A DNA stretch of 32,000 nucleotides from Xylella taiwanensis (GTDB lineage: Bacteria; Pseudomonadota; Gammaproteobacteria; Xanthomonadales; Xanthomonadaceae). Numbering within the stretch: the stretch's first letter is position 1; every line of letters begins with the position of its first letter. The notes beneath the pieces are model-generated. The model did no database searches, had not been told where the DNA came from, and saw only the letters and a program-made list of their open reading frames with translations. This document shows, in pieces, positions 1 to 8,465 of this stretch. The stretch is taken from assembly GCF_013177435.1 (NCBI RefSeq), contig NZ_CP053627.1:630001-662000 (forward strand), written 5' to 3'. Made by a program: the position numbers and the translations under genes.

Positions 1-222
1 GAGGTGCTGCAATGGCGGGTACTCAAAGGGCGTCATTTGAAAATGGAGCTGCGTCATGCGGGACGGCATGAAGCCCTGAGCGCGATCCATTTCAACGGCT
101 GGCGCGGCGATCCTCCAGCGCGGCGACTGCGCTTGGCTTATCGGTTGGTGTGCGACGATTACCGCGGTGGTGATGCGATTCAGTTGATCGTGGAACATTG
201 GGAAGTCACTGAACGCGATTGA
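1..222 (+). CDS. recJ: Single-stranded-DNA-specific exonuclease RecJ, C-terminal fragment (5' end lies outside the window)
   Basis: The frame is open from the window edge to TGA at 220-222. The tail LRLAYRLVCDDYRGGDAIQLIVEHWE resembles the conserved RecJ C-terminus (E. coli pattern AYKLDINEFRG..LQL.I..). recJ-prfB-lysS synteny is common in gamma-proteobacteria. Confidence 0.7.
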   Translation, partial: EVLQWRVLKGRHLKMELRHAGRHEALSAIHFNGWRGDPPARRLRLAYRLVCDDYRGGDAIQLIVEHWEVTERD

Positions 223-833
223 TCGGGCTTCTAACAGTCTCCAGTGGAGTGTTTGACCTGTACGTTGGTGCAGGTGGTGCGCTGCGTATGAGCGTGGTCA
301 CACCATGATGAGGGCGAGAAGCGGCTTGAGGATACGCAGAAGTGGGGGGAACCCACGATGCACCATCCATTTCAATCGCATTGCGGTACAGCGTTGCTGA
401 TGATCGCTGAATCACTTTAGTTGCCTTTTGCTCCTCTGAGGTATTCGTATCCTTAGGTATCGCTTCAAATCGTCTGTGTTTCAGAATGCTTGGTTGGACT
501 TTTATGGGATTCCTTGATGGGACGTTAAAATTCTTAATGTTTCGTTTCTTTTGTCTGTCTTAAATTTTTTGGTAAGTAGATCACTTCCCCTGTGTTGACA
601 GCCCACAACTCGTCTTGGGTCTGGAACAGATCTTGGCATCCGATATCAGTCTTGGACTTGGGAATGTTGTGAGGCAGGCAACACACAGGTGAAATGGATG
701 CAGCTGCAGGCAGCGGTTGTATGCCAGTTTCAGTTGGATTGTGTCCCTTGGTTACGGCAAACGGTGTGCTTGCGGGCCGTTTTAGGTTGGTTTGGCTTGC
801 TAAACTGATGCGCTTGTTTTCCGGAATCTTGAG

Positions 834-1959
834 ATGATTGAAACTAATCTGATCCGCCAGCGAATCGCCGATCTGAATGATCGGATGATCTCGCTGAGGG
901 GGTATCTTTGACTACGACGCCAAGAAGGAGCGTTTGGAAGAAGTGACCCGTGAACTGGAAAGCTCCAATATTTGGAACACTCCCGACTACGCGCAGCAAC
1001 TGGGTCGGGAACGTTCGCTATTGGAAAAAACCGTCACCGGCATTGTGACTGTGCTGAAGGGATTGGCTGAAGCCAGCGAATTTCTCGATCTGGCTGAAGG
1101 AGAGCAAGATCAGGATATGTTGCAGGCGGTGGTGATTGACTTGGACGCATATCAGCTCAAGGTCGAGAAACTGGAGTTTCAGCGCATGTTTTCTGGGAAA
1201 ATGGACGGTGCCAACGCGTTTGTCGATATCCAGGCGGGTGCTGGAGGTACCGAGGCTCAAGATTGGGCGGAGATGCTGCTGCGCATGTACTTGCGTTGGG
1301 CCGAAGGGCGTGGTTGGAAGGCCGAATTACTGGAAGTCTCTGGTGGTGAAGTGGCCGGGATCAAATCAGCCACGTTTCGCGTTGAGGGCGATTTTGCCTA
1401 CGGTTGGCTGAAAACGGAGACGGGTGTGCATCGCCTGGTGCGTAAGTCGCCATTTGATTCGGATAACCGTCGTCATACGAGTTTTACCTCGGTCTTTGTC
1501 TCTCCGGAAGTCGATGACAACATCGACATTGAGATTAATCCGGCCGACTTGAGGACCGATGTATACCGATCTTCCGGCGCTGGTGGTCAGCATGTTAATA
1601 AGACAGAGTCTGCCGTACGTATCACGCACGTACCGAGTGGGATTGTAGTGGCCTGCCAGACTGAACGTAGCCAGCATGCCAATCGTGATCGTGCGATGAA
1701 AATGCTGGCGGCCAAATTGTACGAGTTGGAGATCCAGAAGCGGAATGCCGAGAAAGACGTACTGGAGGCATCTAAGTCCGACATCGGCTGGGGGAGCCAG
1801 ATTCGCAATTACGTATTGGATCAGAGTCGTATTAAGGACTTGCGCACTGGCATTGAGCGCAGCGATACCCAGAAAGTACTCGACGGTGATTTGGATGAGT
1901 TCGTCGAGGCGAGTCTGAAGGCCGGTCTGGAAGCAGGCGCTAAACGTGTCGACGCCTGA
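834..1959 (+). CDS. prfB: Peptide chain release factor 2, made by a programmed +1 frameshift (frame 0 is 834-908, then +1 frame from 910 to the stop at 1957-1959)
   Basis: ATG at 834 encodes [25 protein letters not shown] and then hits in-frame TGA at 909-911. The +1 frame continues [12 protein letters not shown]..., which matches E. coli RF2 ([17 protein letters not shown]). The SPF motif (RKSPFDS) and GGQ motif ([10 protein letters not shown]) are present. Confidence 0.95.
897..912 (+). promoter_or_regulatory. RF2 autoregulatory +1 frameshift site: internal Shine-Dalgarno-like AGGGGG (897-902), then slippery CTT (906-908) and TGA C (909-912)
   Basis: The sequence AGG GGG TAT CTT TGA C was read directly. 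It is identical in form to the canonical prfB recoding signal. Confidence 0.9.
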
Positions 1960-2144
1960 TTCACCTACAGTTTCTGATGCTGCTATCCCACCGTATCGTT
2001 TCTTGGAGTGTATACGGCTTCCGGTATGACGACGGACGTTGCGTTGACTGGGCCGTCCGATTTAAAACGGCACCTGAGTTTCTCTGGTGTCATCCCTATC
2101 TCGGATATGGAACGTCCGGTTTCCCTTATCGATAGATCATCTTC

Positions 2145-3665
2145 ATGACTGAGCATCTCCCTACGTCCCAGGTTTCCTTCGACGAGAACGCACTTATTGC
2201 TGAGCGCCGCGCCAAACTTTTAGCATTGCGCGCACAAGGCGTGGCCTATCCGAATGATGTCAAACGCGAGCACTATGCCGCTGAGGTGCAGACATCATTT
2301 GCCGACGTCGAGACATGGACTGCCGAAGTCTTGGAAGCTTCCAGCCATCACGTACGTATGGCTGGCCGGCTGATGGCCAAGCGTGTCATGGGTAAGGCCA
2401 GCTTCGCTCAGATTCAGGATGAGTCCGGCCGCATTCAGCTGTTAATGCAGAACAACGTGCTTGGCGAGGCCAGCTATACCGCGTTCAAAGGATGGGATGT
2501 CGGCGATATCATTGCTGTCGAAGGAGGCCTGACCCGTACCAAGACTGGCGAACTGTCGGTCAAGGTGAAGGCGTTGCGCCTGTTGACTAAGTCGTTACGT
2601 CCATTGCCTGACAAGTGGCACGGACTCACCGATGTGGAGCAGCGCTACCGCCAGCGCTACGTCGATCTCATTGTTACTCCAGAATCGCGTGAGATTTTCA
2701 TCAAACGCTCCAGGATCATTCGTGCACTCCGTACTTGGCTGGATACACGTCTTTTCTTGGAAGTAGAGACGCCAATGATGCATTACATCCCAGGAGGTGC
2801 TGCGGCCAAACCGTTTGTCACCTATCACAATGCTTTGGATCTGGACTTATATCTGCGCGTGGCCCCGGAGTTGTATCTCAAGCGTTTGGTAGTGGGTGGG
2901 TTGGAACGGGTTTACGAGATTAACCGCAACTTCCGTAACGAGGGTGTATCGACCCGGCACAACCCCGAGTTTACGATGCTGGAGTTGTACAAGGCCTATG
3001 CCACTTACCATCAGGTCATGGATCTGACGGAGACGATGATCCGCGATACTGCACAGTCTATACTCGGCACCACCCAGATGATCTGGGATGGTGCCCAGAT
3101 CGATCTGGGCCCGATATTCCGGCGTTGGCGCATGGATGAGGCTGTTTGCCACCATAATCCGGAGATCAGTGTTGCCGAGTGTACTGACCGCGATGCGCTG
3201 CTCCTTCATTGTGAGCGGCTGAAAATCAAGGTCAAGTCGTCCTACGGTTGGGGCCGGTTGCTGTTGAGTATCTTCGAGGCTACGGTCGAGCATACCCTGA
3301 TTCAACCGACCTTCATTACGGATCATCCGGTTGAAGTTTCTCCTTTAGCCCGCACCAGCGATGTCGAGCCGGGTTATACCGATCGCTTTGAGCTGTTCAT
3401 CAATGGCAAGGAAATCGCTAACGGTTTTTCAGAGTTGAATGATCCGGAGGAGCAGTCGATGCGCTTCCAAAAGCAGGTCGAAGCCAAGGAAGGTGGTGAT
3501 GATGAGGCCATGTACTACGACGCTGACTACATTCGTGCTCTTGAGTACGGGATGGCACCAACGGGGGGCTTAGGTATTGGTGTCGATCGACTGGTGATGC
3601 TCCTGACCGGCAGTACCTCCATCCGCGATGTGCTGTTATTCCCCTACATGCGTCCAGAACGATAA
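2145..3665 (+). CDS. lysS: Lysine--tRNA ligase (class II)
   Basis: 506-aa ORF with an N-terminal OB-fold anticodon-binding region and class II core motifs ([37 protein letters not shown]). It sits directly downstream of prfB, as in E. coli. Confidence 0.95.
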   Translation: MTEHLPTSQVSFDENALIAERRAKLLALRAQGVAYPNDVKREHYAAEVQTSFADVETWTAEVLEASSHHVRMAGRLMAKRVMGKASFAQIQDESGRIQLLMQNNVLGEASYTAFKGWDVGDIIAVEGGLTRTKTGELSVKVKALRLLTKSLRPLPDKWHGLTDVEQRYRQRYVDLIVTPESREIFIKRSRIIRALRTWLDTRLFLEVETPMMHYIPGGAAAKPFVTYHNALDLDLYLRVAPELYLKRLVVGGLERVYEINRNFRNEGVSTRHNPEFTMLELYKAYATYHQVMDLTETMIRDTAQSILGTTQMIWDGAQIDLGPIFRRWRMDEAVCHHNPEISVAECTDRDALLLHCERLKIKVKSSYGWGRLLLSIFEATVEHTLIQPTFITDHPVEVSPLARTSDVEPGYTDRFELFINGKEIANGFSELNDPEEQSMRFQKQVEAKEGGDDEAMYYDADYIRALEYGMAPTGGLGIGVDRLVMLLTGSTSIRDVLLFPYMRPER

Positions 3666-3790
3666 GTCGCAGCGAATCAAAATGTGACAAAACGACGATA
3701 TCGTGTGTCGGATTCGACCTATTCTACCTATGTGTTCCCACTTTCACAGTGTGGAACAGGGGACGTGCGAATGTAGTGCCCGGAGGGCGT

Positions 3791-4951
3791 ATGCATAATA
3801 TTTTTGCTATGCAGTCCGGTGAATTGTCTTTGGTACAGCACCTGGATGGCTATGAAAAGGCGTATGTGGGGTTGAACATTGTGATCGTCGACGATCAGAT
3901 GTCGGCTAGGGCGATGCTGCGTCATGTGATCGAAAATATTGCGCCTCATTTGCAAGTCTTCGACTTCGGTGACCCGTTAGAAGCACTGGTTTGGTGTGAG
4001 GCCAACCAAGTTGACTTGTTGCTGCTCGATTACCGGATGCCGGATATGGATGGTTTGGAATTCGCGCGGCGCCTACGTCGATTGCCCAGCCACTGTGATA
4101 TCCCGATTCTATTGATTACCATCGTTGGTGATGAGCCGATCCGTCAGGCTGCGTTGGATGCTGGTGTCATCGATTTTCTGATTAAACCGATCCGTCCGCG
4201 TGAATTACGTGCCCGTTGCAACAACTTGTTGCAGCTACGCCAGCACAGTGAAAGGGTGAAACAACGCGTGCTGTCTTTGGAGCAGCGCTTGCGGACTGTT
4301 ATGAATGAGGTCGAGGAACGTGAGCGTGAAACCGTCTCACGTTTGGCGCGTGCGGTCGAGTATCGTCATGGCAGCAGCAGTGCCTATCTTGAGCGCATGT
4401 CGCAGGTGGCCGGATTAATTGCTGAGCAACTTGGTCTGTCCGACGAAGAGGTCCGGGTTATTCAGAGTGCCGCACCGCTGCATGATATTGGCAAAATTGC
4501 CATTCCCGATGCGGTGTTGCTCAAACGGAGCACGTTGAATGAGGAGGAGCTGGCCGTGATGCGTCGGCATCCGCGTATTGGTTGCGAGTTGCTGAGTGGC
4601 AGTCAGAACCGCTGTATCCAGGTTGGTGCATTGATTGCGTTGCGCCATCATGAGCGTTACGACGGCAGTGGCTATCCAGATGGCTTGGTTGGTGAGGCGA
4701 TTCCTCTGGAGGCACGTATCGTTGCGGTGGCTGATGTATTTGACGCATTGATCTCATTGCGCCCTTACAAGCAGGCGTGGACCATGGATGCGGCCATCAC
4801 CTATTTGTATGCTCAGCGTGGGCGTTTATTCGATCCACACTGCGTTGATGCTCTCATCCGCGGCCGTGATCAGCTGCAACGCATCTGCGTTAAGTTCTCC
4901 ACTGCTTTTGCTTTGGCCGGGCCGGGAGTCTGGGATGCTAAAGAAAGTTAA
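3791..4951 (+). CDS. rpfG: Response regulator with REC plus HD-GYP (cyclic-di-GMP phosphodiesterase) domains, RpfG
   Basis: REC acidic pocket (VDLLLLDYRMPDMDG), HD motif (PLHDIGK) and GYP motif (HHERYDGSGYPDG). The start was chosen at ATG 3791, preceded by GGAGGG at 3782-3787. The ORF track begins earlier, at GTG 3749. Confidence 0.9.
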   Translation: MHNIFAMQSGELSLVQHLDGYEKAYVGLNIVIVDDQMSARAMLRHVIENIAPHLQVFDFGDPLEALVWCEANQVDLLLLDYRMPDMDGLEFARRLRRLPSHCDIPILLITIVGDEPIRQAALDAGVIDFLIKPIRPRELRARCNNLLQLRQHSERVKQRVLSLEQRLRTVMNEVEERERETVSRLARAVEYRHGSSSAYLERMSQVAGLIAEQLGLSDEEVRVIQSAAPLHDIGKIAIPDAVLLKRSTLNEEELAVMRRHPRIGCELLSGSQNRCIQVGALIALRHHERYDGSGYPDGLVGEAIPLEARIVAVADVFDALISLRPYKQAWTMDAAITYLYAQRGRLFDPHCVDALIRGRDQLQRICVKFSTAFALAGPGVWDAKES

Positions 4952-7091
4952 ATGGATATGCGGTCGGCTGTCGCACCGGCCGGATAGTGAGCATGTGCAA
5001 AACCTGATCAGGCTTGTCATCGTCTCGCTCTTTATCGTCTACCTGAGCGCATGTTGGTATGCCGGGACTGATCTCAATAAATGGCGGATCATCTGGTTGG
5101 TGCTGCTTTCCGATCTTGGCGTGTCACTTGCGCTGATGGTGGCGATCATCATGCGTCCGCAGATCTCACACGTTCGGCGCTGCATCGGCATCATGACCGA
5201 CTACACGTCCATGACGGTGGTGATGCTGCTGATGGGTGAAGCAGGTTCGCCAGTGTATGCAGTGTGCTTGTGGGTGACGATTGGTAATGGTCTGCGCTAT
5301 GGCAGTGCGTATCTGCTGGCAGCCACTACCATCGGTGCACTGAGTTTTCTGACGGTGATCCTCATCTCAGCGTATTGGAAGTCCAATCCCTTTTTGGCTT
5401 GGGGTTTGCTGATTGGTTTGGTTGCCATCCCGTTGTACTTTCAGTCGCTGCTTAAGGCATTAATCCATGCCCTCAAGGATGCGCGTCAGGCTAACGAGGC
5501 CAAGAGTCGTTTCCTGGCTAACATGAGTCATGAATTTCGTACGCCGCTGAATGGTTTGTCGGGTATGACAGAAGTGCTGGCCACGACGCGTTTGGACGCG
5601 GAGCAAAGGGAGTGCTTGAATACGATTCAGGCATCCGTACACAGTTTGTTGTCCTTGATCGAGGAAGTGCTGGACATCTCAAGAATTGAGGCAGGCAAAA
5701 TCCGTATCCTTCACGATACCTTCTCCTTGCAGGAGGTGATTGGCAGTGTTGGTCTGATCCTTCGGCCACAGATCCGTAATAAAGGATTAGAGTATCGCGT
5801 TGATGTGGGATTGGATGTTCCCGAATGGTTGTTGGGTGATGCGGGATATGTGCGTCAGGTGTTATTGAACATTGCCGGCAATGCGGTCAAGTTCACCGAG
5901 CGTGGTTGGATCACGTTGTGTGTCAGCGTGTTGAACCGTAGATCTGGTCACCACAGTGTGGTGTTGCGTTTCGAAGTTGCTGATACTGGCATTGGTGTGC
6001 CATTGGGAATGCGGTCTCGGCTGTTCGACGTGTTCGAGCAGGCTGATGTTGGTTTGGATCGTCGCTATCAAGGAAGCGGGCTGGGTACCACAATCGCCAA
6101 GGGTTTGATTGAATTGATGGGTGGAAGGATTGGGTTCGAGGAGAACGTGCCGTGTGGTAGCTTGTTTTGGTTTGAGTTGCCGTTCGAACTGGGGCAGGCG
6201 CCGGTGGTGGCGCAAGAGGTCACCGAGGAATCGCAGTTGCTAGAAGCGAGCAATGTCATCGCGTTTTCCAATCCATTCCTGCGGCATCGCGCCCGTGTCA
6301 AGAGCATGCGTGTTCTGGTGGCTGATGACCATGAAACTAACCGCATGGTGTTATCCCGGATACTCGATAAGGCTGGACACAAGGTGCTATGCGTGGACGG
6401 TGCCGAGGCAGTGCTGGATTCTCTGATTGGTATGGAGTTCGATGTAGTGATCGTCGACCTGCACATGCCCGGAATGAGCGGCTTGGACATGCTCAAACAG
6501 TTGCGCGTCATGCAGAGTAGCGGTATGCCTTATACACCGGTACTGGTGCTCAGTGCAGATGTGACGTCAGACTCGATCCGCTGTTGTGAAGAGGCAGGGG
6601 CACGTGCCTTTTTGCCCAAACCAGTGCTTGCTACCAAACTTCTGGATGTGCTTGCCGAAATTGCTGAGGATGAGGGCAGTGTATTGCTCTGTGATGCATT
6701 ACCGCCATATCCAGTCCAGAAGCGTCAGGTGTTTGATCCTGCAGGTTTGGACGAACTTGCTGAGTTAAATATGGGCGATGGTTTCGAAGAGCAGTTCATA
6801 GTGCAGTCCTTGCGCGATGCCGAACACTGTCAGCAGGCAATGTTGTCCGCGTCCGAAGCCAACCAGTGGCAGGAGGTGCGTGAACAGGCGCATGCACTGC
6901 ATGGTGTGCTTGGTCATCTTGGCTTCATGCGTGCTTCGTCGCTCGTTGCAGAGTTGATGCGGATTCCAGATTGGCAGTTGAAATCCGAGTGGTGCGACCG
7001 CGTACGGGTACTGCATGAAGCACTCATGTGTGGTCGTGATGCACTTGATGCGCGCCGGCAAGAACGCCGGCGCGGGGAGACGTTGCCGTGA
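4935..7091 (+). CDS. rpfC: Hybrid sensor histidine kinase RpfC (multi-pass membrane input, HisKA, HATPase, REC, HPt)
   Basis: N-terminus MLKKVKWICGRLSHRPDSEHVQNLIRLVI followed by hydrophobic helices. H-box MSHEFRTPLNG, G-box GSGLGTTIAKG, REC VVIVDLHMPGMSG and HPt AHALHGVLGHLG. ATG 4935 overlaps the rpfG stop (4949-4951). The ORF-track start at 4788 is probably an upstream extension. Confidence 0.9.
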   Translation: MLKKVKWICGRLSHRPDSEHVQNLIRLVIVSLFIVYLSACWYAGTDLNKWRIIWLVLLSDLGVSLALMVAIIMRPQISHVRRCIGIMTDYTSMTVVMLLMGEAGSPVYAVCLWVTIGNGLRYGSAYLLAATTIGALSFLTVILISAYWKSNPFLAWGLLIGLVAIPLYFQSLLKALIHALKDARQANEAKSRFLANMSHEFRTPLNGLSGMTEVLATTRLDAEQRECLNTIQASVHSLLSLIEEVLDISRIEAGKIRILHDTFSLQEVIGSVGLILRPQIRNKGLEYRVDVGLDVPEWLLGDAGYVRQVLLNIAGNAVKFTERGWITLCVSVLNRRSGHHSVVLRFEVADTGIGVPLGMRSRLFDVFEQADVGLDRRYQGSGLGTTIAKGLIELMGGRIGFEENVPCGSLFWFELPFELGQAPVVAQEVTEESQLLEASNVIAFSNPFLRHRARVKSMRVLVADDHETNRMVLSRILDKAGHKVLCVDGAEAVLDSLIGMEFDVVIVDLHMPGMSGLDMLKQLRVMQSSGMPYTPVLVLSADVTSDSIRCCEEAGARAFLPKPVLATKLLDVLAEIAEDEGSVLLCDALPPYPVQKRQVFDPAGLDELAELNMGDGFEEQFIVQSLRDAEHCQQAMLSASEANQWQEVREQAHALHGVLGHLGFMRASSLVAELMRIPDWQLKSEWCDRVRVLHEALMCGRDALDARRQERRRGETLP

Positions 7092-7127
7092 TCATCAGCA
7101 CTGCTTGAAGTTTTGAGTCTCAATGTG

Positions 7128-7991
7128 TCAGTGCGGTGTTTTCTGGATTTCCTGGGCGCGGATCAGGCGTTCCATGGTGCGGAGTGATTTGTTACCGAGT
7201 TTCATGGCAGTGTCCACCCAGATCTCGGTGATGCGTATCATCTCTTGTAATGAGACTTCAGTTGCGATTTTTTTCACCTGTTGCATCGCCGGCCAAGCGT
7301 ATTGTGTGCGTTTGCTGTCACGGATGATTTGTTCGACTGCTTCTGTCCCCTTGCCGCGAGGGACTACTTTGTCGATCAGCCCAATCGCCAGCAATTCTTC
7401 GGCCTTGTAGAGGTTGCCTTCGAGTATGAGGCGTTCGGCCAGCTTGGAAGAGATGCGCTGGCGCATGAAAGAATAGGCCCCCATGCCTGGGAACAGATCG
7501 AATAATACTTCAGGGAAACCCATCATTACTCCTTCCTCGGCGACGATAGTATGGCAGCAGAGTGCAACCTCGAAACCTCCTCCTAGCGCATTGCCTTGGA
7601 CCAGCGCGATGCTGTGCACGTTAGCATTGAGCCCAACATGGAAGTCATACGCTCCATGCACGCAGCGGCAGGCATAGTCCAACAATGCTTCACGGTCCTT
7701 CTGGCGTATCAGTTCACAGAAGAGCTGCAGATCTCCGCCTAAATTAAACACATTGGTGTCTGAGGCGAGCACAACGAATGGTAATGGAACGGCTTGTTCG
7801 TGCAATTGCTGTTTAAGTACGGATTGATAATTCATCATGTCGTCAATCAATTTTAAGGAGAAGCAGGCGCGCCCTGCAGTTTTGGCGAGATGAGCATGCA
7901 TATAGATCCAGTACACATTGCGATGAGTTTCTTCGATGATGCGAATGGAAGATTCGCACATGGGATGGGTAATGGGATGTACAGCGGACAT
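7128..7991 (-). CDS. rpfF: DSF synthase RpfF (crotonase / enoyl-CoA hydratase superfamily)
   Basis: 287-aa ORF with a crotonase fold signature (VQGNALGGGFEVALCCHTIVAEEGVMMGFPEVLFDLFPGMGA). It converges on rpfC. GGAG lies 8 nt upstream of the ATG (complement of 8000-8003). Confidence 0.9.
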   Translation of the reverse strand: MSAVHPITHPMCESSIRIIEETHRNVYWIYMHAHLAKTAGRACFSLKLIDDMMNYQSVLKQQLHEQAVPLPFVVLASDTNVFNLGGDLQLFCELIRQKDREALLDYACRCVHGAYDFHVGLNANVHSIALVQGNALGGGFEVALCCHTIVAEEGVMMGFPEVLFDLFPGMGAYSFMRQRISSKLAERLILEGNLYKAEELLAIGLIDKVVPRGKGTEAVEQIIRDSKRTQYAWPAMQQVKKIATEVSLQEMIRITEIWVDTAMKLGNKSLRTMERLIRAQEIQKTPH

Positions 7992-8465
7992 TCGTTTTTC
8001 TCCGTGGTGACCGTCCGGTCGGCCATGTTGCGGACGTAGAAACAGAAAGTGGCGGTGTTGGCCAACGTTTGATTCTATGTGCGCAAAAAAGAGTATTTTC
8101 CGCGGATGAACACAGAAGACGTGTTTAACCTCAAGGAAGACAGCTTCATTGTTGTGGTTGCTGTTGCTTCTGCCACACTTAAGAGGTGAGACGAATGAAA
8201 CTTTACTGTGTGGTTAGTTGCAAAATGTTCATATCCTTTCCAGCGCCTTGATGAACTTGTTGGTTGATCGTGGGATGAGATGATGTTTTTTTCGATCTCG
8301 GTTCTCTGCATTCGACAGGTTTTATAGTTTCATTTGGTAAATTTTGTTGCGAATAGATCTAGTGACAGGAGCCTTGCGGTTATCCATCGTCAGATTGACA
8401 GTAGAATGGCCAGCGATGCCACATACCGCAGGTGGCTTTACTCTAGAGTTAAAACATCAACGCTA

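Noticed and set aside
2033-2059. Hairpin CGGACG-(15 nt)-CGTCCG in the prfB-lysS spacer as a possible attenuator or terminator
   Set aside because: It has a 6-bp stem with a large loop, followed by ATTTAAAAC rather than a U-tract. That is too weak to call.
8000-8465. Lysine riboswitch (L-box) upstream of the aspartokinase/DAP decarboxylase gene
   Set aside because: I found no AGAGGCGC or GGAGGAGC-type conserved L-box cores, and the region is AT-rich without the multi-helix junction signature.
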